64,000 bases of DNA from Deltaproteobacteria bacterium. Lineage in GTDB: Bacteria; Myxococcota; Myxococcia; Myxococcales; 40CM-4-68-19. The notes below the pieces were generated by a model that was not told the origin of the DNA, ran no database searches, and worked only from the letters and a program-made list of their open reading frames with translations. The translations under genes were made by a program, and so were the position numbers. The DNA is taken from the NCBI GenBank assembly GCA_005879315.1, contig VBLC01000044.1:1805-65804 (forward strand). Direction: 5' to 3'. Each line of letters starts with the position of its first letter. Within the stretch, counting starts at the first letter, position 1. Below are positions 49,759 through 58,032 of the stretch, one piece after another.

Positions 49759-50871
49759 CTGACGGGGCGGCAGAAAATCCTCGGCCAGCTCGATCGCCTG
49801 CTCCTGCGCGACCTGCTGCGCCTCTTCGCCGCCACGCTCGGGGGCGTGGTGGCCATCTATCTGGTGATCGATTTCGCCGACCGCGCGCACGGCTTCACCG
49901 GTCCCGGCTGGGCCCGCGCTGCAGCCGAGCTCTATGCCAACAAAGCGGCCGTGATCGGTTACCAGCTTGCGCCGGCCGCGTTGATCATCGCCGCGGCCCT
50001 CCTGGTCGCGCAGCTCTCGCGGCGGGGGGAGCTGACCGGCCTGTTCGCATTGGGCGTGCGGCCGCTGCGGCTGGCGTTGCCGCTGGCGGCGTTCGCTGCG
50101 GCGCTCGGCGCGCTGCTGTTCTTCGGCGGCGAAAAGGTCGTCGTGCGGGCCGACGCGCGCGCCGAGGAGATCACCACCTCGCGCTTCAACAAATGGGGCG
50201 ACTGGGGCAGCTACCATTTCACTTCCTCCTGGCTGCGGGGCAAGGAGGGGCGCATCTTCCACCTCGGACCTGCGCGCGAGGGCGGCTGGGAGCCGGTGCG
50301 CGTTCTCGAGATCGCCCAGCCCTTCCGTATCGCGCGAATGATCTGGGCCGACCGGATCGAGCCAGCCGGCGACGGCCGCTGGCGCCTCATCCATGCCACC
50401 GAGCGGCGCTACGGTCTTTCCGGCGCGGCGGGCGGCTCCATCGAAGAGCGGCACGCGGCGGTGCTCCTGGAGGACTTTCCCGAGACGCCGGCCGAGCTCA
50501 AGCTCCGTGAAGGCCGCCCGCGGCAGCTCCCCTGGGGGCAGCTGCGCGAGCAACTGCGCCGCCGCCGGCTGACCGGCCAGCGCTTCCGCGAGTACGAGGT
50601 GACGCTGGCCGAGCGCGCCGCGCAGCCGGTCCAGATCGTGCCGGCAGCGCTCGCGGCGATGGGCCTCTCGCTGCGCCTGCAGCGGCCGCGCAAGCGGATG
50701 GCGCTTTCGGGAGCCGTCGCGCTCGGCATCGGACTCTCCATGGCGCTCTGGGCAGTGTCGGTAGTGGCCCATTCGCTCGCCATCGCCGGCGTGCTCTCGC
50801 CCTGGCTCGCGGGATGCGTTCCCGGCATGGTCAGCGCGCTCGGTGCAGCGGCCGTCTTCCACCGCGGGTGA
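49759..50871 (+). CDS. LptF/LptG (YjgP/YjgQ) family permease; start likely CTG 49759
   Basis: The family-typical N-terminus ILGQLDRLLLRDLLRLFAATLGG lies upstream of the track start GTG 49846. CTG 49759 directly follows the purD TAG, and GGAGG ends 5 nt upstream. Confidence 0.8.
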   Translation: MTGRQKILGQLDRLLLRDLLRLFAATLGGVVAIYLVIDFADRAHGFTGPGWARAAAELYANKAAVIGYQLAPAALIIAAALLVAQLSRRGELTGLFALGVRPLRLALPLAAFAAALGALLFFGGEKVVVRADARAEEITTSRFNKWGDWGSYHFTSSWLRGKEGRIFHLGPAREGGWEPVRVLEIAQPFRIARMIWADRIEPAGDGRWRLIHATERRYGLSGAAGGSIEERHAAVLLEDFPETPAELKLREGRPRQLPWGQLREQLRRRRLTGQRFREYEVTLAERAAQPVQIVPAALAAMGLSLRLQRPRKRMALSGAVALGIGLSMALWAVSVVAHSLAIAGVLSPWLAGCVPGMVSALGAAAVFHRG

Positions 50872-50917
50872 CCACCGCCGGACGCCGCTGGTCCCTGCTT
50901 GTGACCACTCGGTTTTT

Positions 50918-50934
50918 CTGGCACAAAACCCGCG
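50918..50934 (+). promoter_or_regulatory. candidate sigma-54 promoter CTGGCACAAAACCCGCG (GG-N10-GC spacing)
   Basis: TGGCAC at 50919-50924 and GC at 50932-50933. Lies in the gap between lptF/G-like (end 50871) and the rmlA-like start (50964). Confidence 0.3.
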
Positions 50935-50963
50935 CCGCGATGCGCCGCGGGAAGGAGAAAAGT

Positions 50964-51722
50964 GTGAAGGGCATCATCCTCGCCGGCGGCACCGGCTCGC
51001 GGCTGTATCCGCTGACCAAGGTGACCAACAAGCACCTCCTCCCCGTCGGCCGCGAGCCGATGATCTTCCATCCGGTCAGGAAGCTCACCGAGGCGGGCAT
51101 CGAGGAGATCCTCATCGTCACCGGCGTCGACCACATGGGCGACGTGGTCAACCTGCTCGGCAGCGGCAAGGAGTTCTCCTGCCGCTTCACCTACAAGGTG
51201 CAGGACGAAGCGGGCGGCATCGCCCAGGCGCTCGGCCTGGCCGAGAATTTCGCCCGCGGCGATCTCTCTTGCGTCATCCTCGGCGACAACGTCTTCGAGG
51301 ACCCGATCGCTCCCTACCTGCGCTCCTTCCGCGAGCAAGCGCGCGGCGCGCGCCTCTTGCTCAAGCAGGTGCACGACCCGCAGCGCTACGGCGTCGCCGA
51401 GGTGGAGGGCTCGAAGGTCGTCCGCATCGTCGAAAAGCCCAAAGAGGCGAAAAGCGATCTCGCGGTGGTCGGCGTCTACTTCTACGACGCGCAGGTCTTC
51501 GACGTCATCCGTACCCTGAAGCCGAGCGCGCGCGGCGAGCTGGAGATCACCGACGTCAACAACCATTACCTGCGCAGGGGCGAGCTGCAGTGCGACCGGC
51601 TCTCCGGCTGGTGGACCGACGCCGGCACCTTCGACTCGCTCCACGCCGCCAACGAGCTGGTGGAGGGCCGCGCCCGCGACGCGCACGAGGCCGAGAAGTC
51701 CTACGACGGGGGCAAGCATTGA
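50964..51722 (+). CDS. rmlA: glucose-1-phosphate thymidylyltransferase-like sugar nucleotidyltransferase (short form)
   Basis: VKGIILAGGTGSRLYPLT...KHLLPV. GTG 50964 is preceded by AAGGAG at 7 nt. Confidence 0.85.
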   Translation: MKGIILAGGTGSRLYPLTKVTNKHLLPVGREPMIFHPVRKLTEAGIEEILIVTGVDHMGDVVNLLGSGKEFSCRFTYKVQDEAGGIAQALGLAENFARGDLSCVILGDNVFEDPIAPYLRSFREQARGARLLLKQVHDPQRYGVAEVEGSKVVRIVEKPKEAKSDLAVVGVYFYDAQVFDVIRTLKPSARGELEITDVNNHYLRRGELQCDRLSGWWTDAGTFDSLHAANELVEGRARDAHEAEKSYDGGKH

Positions 51723-52729
51723 CGGTGCTCGTCACCGGCGGCGCCGGGTTCATCGGCTCGAACCTGGTGCGCTTCCTCCGCCGCGAGCGGCCGGACTGGA
51801 CCGTCGTCAATCTCGACAAGCTCACCTACGCGGGCAACGCCGAGTCGCTCTCCGACCTGCGCGAGGATCCGAAGCACGTCTTCGTCCACGGCGACATCGC
51901 GGAGGCGAAGCTGATCGATCGCGTGCTGCGCGAGCACGCGGTCGAAGCAGTGTTGAACCTCGCGGCGGAGAGCCACGTCGATCGCAGCATTCTCGGGCCC
52001 GCGATCTTCGTCGAGACCAACATCGCCGGAACGCAGGTGCTGCTCGACTGCGCGCGGCAGGCGGGCGTGAAGCGGTTCGTGCAGGTCTCCACGGACGAGG
52101 TCTACGGCTCCCTCGGTGCCACCGGCCAATTCACGGAGTCGTCGCCGCTGCGGCCCTCGAGCCCGTACAGCGCATCGAAGGCCGCGGCGGATCTGCTGGT
52201 GCTCGCCTATGGGCACACTTTCGCGATGGACGTCATCGTCACCCGCTGCTCGAACAACTACGGCCCCTATCAGTTTCCCGAGAAGCTCATCCCGCTGATG
52301 ATCGCCAATGCGCTCGAGGGCAAGAAGCTGCCCGTCTACGGCGACGGCAGGCAGGTGCGCGACTGGATCCACGTCGAGGACCATTGCCGCGCTCTCTTGC
52401 TCGCCCTGGAAAAGGGCCGCTCGGGCGAGGTCTACAACGTCGGCTCCGACAACGAGTGGCCGAATCTCCAGATCGTCACCCGCCTCCTGCAAGTCCTGGG
52501 AAAGGGTCGCGAGCTGATCGAGCACGTCAAGGACCGCCCCGGCCACGACCGAAGGTATGCCATCGACGCCAGCAAGGCGCGCAGCGAGCTGGGCTGGACG
52601 CCGCGCATCGGCTTCGCAGAGGGCCTGCAGGCGACGATAGACTGGTACCTGCAGAACCGCGGCTGGTGGGAGCGGGTCCGCACCGGCGAGTACCGCAGCT
52701 ATTACGAACGCAACTACGGGAGCAGATGA
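51719..52729 (+). CDS. rmlB: dTDP-glucose 4,6-dehydratase
   Basis: VLVTGGAGFIGSN, STDEVYG and YSASKAA. TTG 51719 overlaps the upstream stop (GTG 51725 is an alternative). Confidence 0.9.
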   Translation: MTVLVTGGAGFIGSNLVRFLRRERPDWTVVNLDKLTYAGNAESLSDLREDPKHVFVHGDIAEAKLIDRVLREHAVEAVLNLAAESHVDRSILGPAIFVETNIAGTQVLLDCARQAGVKRFVQVSTDEVYGSLGATGQFTESSPLRPSSPYSASKAAADLLVLAYGHTFAMDVIVTRCSNNYGPYQFPEKLIPLMIANALEGKKLPVYGDGRQVRDWIHVEDHCRALLLALEKGRSGEVYNVGSDNEWPNLQIVTRLLQVLGKGRELIEHVKDRPGHDRRYAIDASKARSELGWTPRIGFAEGLQATIDWYLQNRGWWERVRTGEYRSYYERNYGSR

Positions 52730-53613
52730 CGACGCTGGTGACAGGCGCGAACGGGCTCGTCGGCAGCCGGCTCGTGGCGCGGCTCGCCGCGGCGGGCGAG
52801 CGGGTGATCGCGGTCGGCCGCGGGCCTCGGCGTTTCTCCGAGGCCGCCGAGTACGTCGATCAGGACTTTCTCTCGCAAAAGCTGGGGGAGACCATCGCCG
52901 GGCTGCGCCCCTCCGCCGTCCTCCATGCCGCAGCGATGACCGACGTCGACGCTTGCGAGGCCGACCCGGTCGGCGCCTGGCTCCTCAACGCACATCTGGT
53001 GGAGAGCGCTGCGCTCGCCTGTCGCGAGATCGGCGCGCGGCTCGTCGCGCTCGGGACCGATTACGTCTTCGACGGCGAGCAGGGACCTTATTCGGAGGAA
53101 GACCTCCCCAACCCCCGCGGCGTCTATGCGCGCAGCAAGCGCGCCGGCGAGGAGGCAGCGCTGCTGCTCGCGCGCGACGTGGCGCTCTGCCGGGTGGCGG
53201 TCGTCTACAGCGGCCGCAAAGGAAGCAAACGCACCTTCGCGATCAGCGCAGCCGAGAATCTCGCCGCCGGGAAGCAGGTCAAGGCTTTCTCCGACCAGAT
53301 CGTCTCGCCGACGCTGGCCGACAACGCCGCGGAGATGGTGCTCGGCGTGCACCGCTCGGGCGAGCAGGGGATCTTCCACTGCGCGGGCGGCTCGATCGTC
53401 TCGCGGGTCGAGTTCTGCCGCGCCCTGGCGCGCAAGCTCGGCGCCGATGAGGATCTGGTCTCTCCCGTGCGTACCTCCGAGGTGAAATTGCCCGCGCCCC
53501 GGCCGCTCCGTTGCGCCCTCAAGACCGACAAGGTGAAGCGCCTGTTGGGGGAGTCGGTGCCGCTCGCTCTCGACGCGCAGCTCGATCGCTTCCTCGCCGA
53601 GAGGCGCGCATGA
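52726..53613 (+). CDS. rmlD: dTDP-4-dehydrorhamnose reductase-like (RmlD substrate-binding family)
   Basis: MTTLVTGANGLVGS, HAAAMTDVDACE, GTDYVFDG and YARSKRAGE. ATGA overlap with rmlB. Confidence 0.8.
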   Translation: MTTLVTGANGLVGSRLVARLAAAGERVIAVGRGPRRFSEAAEYVDQDFLSQKLGETIAGLRPSAVLHAAAMTDVDACEADPVGAWLLNAHLVESAALACREIGARLVALGTDYVFDGEQGPYSEEDLPNPRGVYARSKRAGEEAALLLARDVALCRVAVVYSGRKGSKRTFAISAAENLAAGKQVKAFSDQIVSPTLADNAAEMVLGVHRSGEQGIFHCAGGSIVSRVEFCRALARKLGADEDLVSPVRTSEVKLPAPRPLRCALKTDKVKRLLGESVPLALDAQLDRFLAERRA

Positions 53614-54467
53614 AGGCGATGGAGCTGGCCTCGCCCGCGCCGGCGGCGCTCGCGACCGAGTCGCCCAAGCGGCCCTCGCCGCTGCGCGAGCTGTGGAGCT
53701 TCCGCCAGCTGATCGCGCTCCTGGTCGTCCGCGAGCTGAAGGTCCGCTACAAGCGCAGCGTCCTCGGGCTGCTCTGGACGATGCTCAATCCGCTGCTCCT
53801 GATGGTGGTCTACACGGTGGTGTTCAGCACCATCTGGCGCTCGAGCTTCCGCAACTTCTCCCTCTTCCTGCTCAGCGCGCTCTTGCCCTGGCTCTTCTTC
53901 AACACCGCCGTCCTGCAGGGGCTCTTCGCCGTCATCTCCAACCAGGAATTGATCCGCAAGGTGCGCCTGCCGCAGGCGGTCTTTCCGCTTTCGGTCGTCG
54001 GCTCGAACCTGGTGAACTTCGCGCTCTCTCTGGTGCCGCTCTTCCTGGTGATGGCGGCGCTCGACCAGCCCTTCACCCCCGCGCTCCTCTTCCTGCCCGT
54101 GGCGATGTTCATCCTCACCGTCTTCACCAGCGGCGTGACGCTCTTCTTCGCCACCGCCACCGTCTTCTTCCGCGACGTGCGCCACCTGGTGGAGGTCATG
54201 CTGCAGATGGTGATGTACCTCTCGCCGGTCTTCTACGACCTGCGCACCCTCGGCGAGCCGACGACCTGGTGGTTCCCTCTTTTCAAGACCTGCCTGCAGC
54301 TCAATCCGCTGACCTACATGTTTTCGCTCATCCGCGACCCTGTCTATTACGGGAGGCTGCCAGAGCTCTCGACGGTGGTCATCGCCTGCAGCGCGGCGGT
54401 TTTCTCGCTGGTGGTCGGCTTCTTCTTCTTCCAGCGGCTCTCGCCCCGCCACATCCATTACCTCTGA
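53610..54467 (+). CDS. wzm: ABC-2 type polysaccharide export permease
   Basis: ELWSFRQLIALLVVRELKVRYKRSVLGLLWTMLNP and six TM segments. ATGA overlap. Confidence 0.85.
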   Translation: MKAMELASPAPAALATESPKRPSPLRELWSFRQLIALLVVRELKVRYKRSVLGLLWTMLNPLLLMVVYTVVFSTIWRSSFRNFSLFLLSALLPWLFFNTAVLQGLFAVISNQELIRKVRLPQAVFPLSVVGSNLVNFALSLVPLFLVMAALDQPFTPALLFLPVAMFILTVFTSGVTLFFATATVFFRDVRHLVEVMLQMVMYLSPVFYDLRTLGEPTTWWFPLFKTCLQLNPLTYMFSLIRDPVYYGRLPELSTVVIACSAAVFSLVVGFFFFQRLSPRHIHYL

Positions 54468-55243
54468 TGCGCAAGGGAGAGATCATCATCCGCGACGTCG
54501 GGGTCTGCTTCCGCCTCTACCGCGAGAAGGTCACCACCTTGAAGGAGGCGGTGGTCCATCGCTTCCGCCATCTGCGCTCGGCGGAGAACTTCTGGGCGTT
54601 GCGGCACGTGAACGTGAGCATCACTCCGGGAGAGGCGATCGCGCTGGTGGGCCACAACGGCAGCGGCAAGAGCACGCTGCTCAAGACCATCGCCGGTGTC
54701 CTGCAGCCCAGGGAGGGTGAGGTCTTGAGCGCCGGCCGCATCAGCCCGATGATCGAGCTCGGCGCAGGTTTCGATCCCGAGCTCTCCGGCCGCGACAACG
54801 TCTACTTGAACGGCGCGCTGCTCGGCTTCTCGCGCAAGCAGATGGAAGCCAAGTTCGACGGCATCGTCGCCTTCAGCGAGCTGGGCGACTTCATCGACAT
54901 GCCCATCAAGAACTACAGCTCGGGCATGTATGCGCGCTTGGGGTTCGCCATCGCCCAGGACGTCGAGCCCGACATCCTCATCGTCGACGAAGTCCTGGCG
55001 GTGGGCGACGAGCGCTTCCAGGAGAAGTGCAAGGCGCGCATCCTCGACTTCCGCAGCGCAGGCGTGACCTTCTGCTTCGTTTCCCACAACCTCGAGGCCG
55101 CCCGCTCGCTCTGCCCGCGCGCCGCCGTGCTGCACCATGGCCGGCTCGCCTTCGACGGGCCCATCGAGCAGGCGTGGGAGAAATACCGAGAGCTGGAACG
55201 CGGGCCGATGCCCGGGCCCCAGATCAACGTCGCGGCCTCGTGA
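54467..55243 (+). CDS. wzt: polysaccharide ABC transporter ATP-binding protein (no C-terminal carbohydrate-binding extension)
   Basis: GHNGSGKSTLLK (Walker A), YSSGMYARLGFA (signature) and ILIVDEVLAVGD (Walker B). Confidence 0.9.
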   Translation: MRKGEIIIRDVGVCFRLYREKVTTLKEAVVHRFRHLRSAENFWALRHVNVSITPGEAIALVGHNGSGKSTLLKTIAGVLQPREGEVLSAGRISPMIELGAGFDPELSGRDNVYLNGALLGFSRKQMEAKFDGIVAFSELGDFIDMPIKNYSSGMYARLGFAIAQDVEPDILIVDEVLAVGDERFQEKCKARILDFRSAGVTFCFVSHNLEAARSLCPRAAVLHHGRLAFDGPIEQAWEKYRELERGPMPGPQINVAAS

Positions 55244-55294
55244 CAGCGCGATGACACCGGGCGGTTACTCTGGGGCGAACCCCGGAGGGCCCGC

Positions 55295-56062
55295 TTGGTT
55301 TATCTCTTCTTTGCCGGTCATTGGCTGCTCAGCGTGCTCATGCAGAGCCTTTTCCAGCATCGCTACGCCGCCCACCGCATGTACGTCATGGGCCCGCGCA
55401 CCGAGCGCGCCCTCCATCTCCTCACCTGGCTCTTGCAGGGATCGTCGTACCTGAACCCGCGCGCCTACGCCATCCTCCACCGCGAGCACCACGCCTTCTC
55501 CGACGGCGCACGCGACCCGCACGCGCCCGGATCGCACACCAACGCCTTCTCGATGATGTGGAGCACCAAAGAGCGCTATTCGGACTATGCCCACGACCGG
55601 CGCAAGCCCGAGGCCCGCTTCGACGGCGGCACGCCGGAGTGGCCCGCTCTCGAGCGCGTCGCTGACTCGTGGCCGGTCCGCGTCCTCTTCGGCGTGCTCT
55701 ACGGCTGCTTCTACCTCGCCTTCGCCACGCACGCCTGGCAGCTCGTCCTGATGCTTCCCTTCCATTTCGTGATGGGCCCGGTGCACGGCGCCATCGTCAA
55801 CTGGTGCGGCCACAAGTACGGCTACCGGAACTTCGACAACGGCGACAAGAGCCGCAACACGCTGCCCTTCGACTTCCTCACCATGGGCGAGCTCTTCCAG
55901 AACAACCACCACAAGTACGCGCAGAGCCCCGATTTCGCCGCGCGCTGGTTCGAGATCGATCCCGGCTGGCAGGTGCTGCGCCTCTTGGCCGCGGCTCGCA
56001 TCGTCGCGCTGCGCACGCCGCAGCGGGCAGAGTACCCGGAGCCGCTCCGCCGCGCAGCGTGA
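55295..56062 (+). CDS. membrane fatty acid desaturase family protein
   Basis: His boxes HRYAAHR, HREHH and QNNHHKY with hydrophobic segments. TTG start as in the track. Confidence 0.8.
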   Translation: MVYLFFAGHWLLSVLMQSLFQHRYAAHRMYVMGPRTERALHLLTWLLQGSSYLNPRAYAILHREHHAFSDGARDPHAPGSHTNAFSMMWSTKERYSDYAHDRRKPEARFDGGTPEWPALERVADSWPVRVLFGVLYGCFYLAFATHAWQLVLMLPFHFVMGPVHGAIVNWCGHKYGYRNFDNGDKSRNTLPFDFLTMGELFQNNHHKYAQSPDFAARWFEIDPGWQVLRLLAAARIVALRTPQRAEYPEPLRRAA

Positions 56063-56074
56063 TAGACCGGCGGC

Positions 56075-57301
56075 ATGCTCGGATCGTGGGGCCGTTATCC
56101 GCCGCCGCGCCATGTCGCGGAGCGGCCCATCGCCTGGCGCGACGAGCCGCTTCCCGAAGCGCGGCCGCTCCTCGCGTACGGACAGGGGCGCAGCTACGGC
56201 GACTCTTGCCTGAACGACGGTGGCGCGCTCGTGCCCACGGCCGGGCTCGATCGGTTCATCTCCTTCGAAGGAAGCCTGCTGCGCTGCGAGTCGGGGGTGA
56301 CGCTGGGCGAGATCCTCTCGCTCTCGGTGCCGCGCGGATTTTTTCTTCCCGTCGTCCCCGGTACGCGGCACGTCTCGGTGGGCGGGGCGATCGCCAACGA
56401 CATCCACGGCAAGAACCATCACCGCGCCGGGACCTTCGGCCGGCATGTGCGGCGGCTCGAGTTGCTCCGCTCGGACGGCCGCGTCGAGTGCGCGCCAGGA
56501 GACGAGCTCTTCGCGGCGACCGTCGGCGGCCTGGGCCTGACGGGGCTCATCACCTGGGCGGAGCTGGAGCTGAAGCCCATCCCCGGCTCGGCCATGCGCG
56601 TCGAAGCCATCCCTTTCGGCGGGCTCGACGAGTTCTTCGCGCTGAGCGAGGAGAGCGACGCCCGCTGCGAATACACCGTGGCCTGGCTCCACGTGGTCCG
56701 CTCGCGGGGGATCTTCTTCCGCGGCGACCATGCCGCGGGAGCTGCGCGGCCGCCGCGGCGCGGGCTGATCGTGCCATTCTCGCTGCCCCTGGTGATCGAC
56801 CTCACCACCGAAGCCTTCAACAAAACCTATTTCACCGCGCAGAAGATGGGCCCGCGCTCGCGCGCCGAGCACTTCGAGAAGTTCTTCTTTCCGCTCGACG
56901 CGCTCGCCGGCTGGAACCGGCTGTACGGCAAGCGCGGCTTGCTTCAATTCCAGTGCGTCGTTCCCACCAAGGAGGCGCTGCAGGCGCTCTTGCAAGAGGC
57001 GCCTTCCTCGCCGCTCACGGTGTTGAAGAAGTTCGGCGAGCTGCAGTCGCCGGGAATCCTCTCCTTTCCCCGGCCCGGCTTCACCCTCGCGCTGGATGTG
57101 CCCAACCGCGGCGCCGAGACCTACGCTCTCTACCTCCGCCTGGAGAACATCGCGGTCGAGGCGGGCGGCGCGATCTATCCCGCCAAGGACGCGCGCATGG
57201 CGCCGAAGAGCTTCGCCCGCTCGTATCCGCGGCGCGGCGAATTCGAGCGGCACATCGATCCGGCGTTCTCCTCTTCTTTCTGGCGGAGAGTGGCGCGATG
57301 A
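56075..57301 (+). CDS. FAD-dependent oxidase homologous to decaprenylphosphoryl-beta-D-ribose 2'-oxidase (DprE1-like)
   Basis: GRSYGDS, PGTRHVSVGGAIANDIHGKNHH, GGLGLTG, FFPLDALAGWNRLYG, LQFQCVVP, LSFPRPGFTLALDVP and GGAIYPAKDARM are collinear with DprE1 as I recall it. Confidence 0.85.
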   Translation: MLGSWGRYPPPRHVAERPIAWRDEPLPEARPLLAYGQGRSYGDSCLNDGGALVPTAGLDRFISFEGSLLRCESGVTLGEILSLSVPRGFFLPVVPGTRHVSVGGAIANDIHGKNHHRAGTFGRHVRRLELLRSDGRVECAPGDELFAATVGGLGLTGLITWAELELKPIPGSAMRVEAIPFGGLDEFFALSEESDARCEYTVAWLHVVRSRGIFFRGDHAAGAARPPRRGLIVPFSLPLVIDLTTEAFNKTYFTAQKMGPRSRAEHFEKFFFPLDALAGWNRLYGKRGLLQFQCVVPTKEALQALLQEAPSSPLTVLKKFGELQSPGILSFPRPGFTLALDVPNRGAETYALYLRLENIAVEAGGAIYPAKDARMAPKSFARSYPRRGEFERHIDPAFSSSFWRRVAR

Positions 57302-58023
57302 AGGTGCTCGTGCTCGGCGCCACCTCCGCCATCGCCCAGGCGGCGGCGCGGGTCTGGGCGGCGCGCGGGGCGGAGCTGTTCCTGGTCGGCCGCAACAGCG
57401 AGCGGCTCGGCGCCGTGGCCGACGACCTGCGCGCCCGCGGCGGCAAGGCGCTCACGCTGGCGCAGGACCTGAACGACGAGAAGCAGCACGAACCGCTGAT
57501 CGAGAACGCGCTGCAGGCCATGGGCGCGATCGACGTCGTGCTGGTCGCGCAGGGGCTGCTCGGCGATCCCGCCGGGCGCGACGAGGACCCCGCCGCGGCT
57601 GAATTGATCCTCCGCACCAACCTGGTCGCGCCGGTGCGCCTCTTGACGCTGCTCGCGCCGCGGATGCAGCCGGGAGCGTGCATCGCTGCCATTTCCTCGA
57701 CCTCCGGCGACCGGGGCCGCGCCCAGGTCGGCGTCTACGGCGCCTCCAAGGCGGGGCTCGACTCCTTTCTCTCGGCCCTGCGGCAGCGGCTCTCGCGCCG
57801 CGGCGTGCGCGTCCTGACGGTCAAGCCTGGCTTCGTCCACACGCCGATGACGGCGCAGAGAAAGAAGCACGCGCTCTACACCTCGCCGGCGGTGATCGGC
57901 CGCGGCATCGTGCGCGCCGTCGACCGCGGCCGCGACGTGGTCTACCTGCCCTGGTACTGGCGGGTGATTCTCCTCATCGTCCGGCTCATTCCAGAAACTG
58001 TCTTCAAGCGCCTCTCGTTCTAG
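57298..58023 (+). CDS. SDR homologous to decaprenylphosphoryl-2-keto-ribose reductase (DprE2-like)
   Basis: VLVLGATSAIAQA, YGASKAGLD and a C-terminal RLIPETVFKRLSF like the DprE2 tail. ATGA overlap with the upstream gene. Confidence 0.8.
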   Translation: MKVLVLGATSAIAQAAARVWAARGAELFLVGRNSERLGAVADDLRARGGKALTLAQDLNDEKQHEPLIENALQAMGAIDVVLVAQGLLGDPAGRDEDPAAAELILRTNLVAPVRLLTLLAPRMQPGACIAAISSTSGDRGRAQVGVYGASKAGLDSFLSALRQRLSRRGVRVLTVKPGFVHTPMTAQRKKHALYTSPAVIGRGIVRAVDRGRDVVYLPWYWRVILLIVRLIPETVFKRLSF

Positions 58024-58032
58024 AGTACAGCC

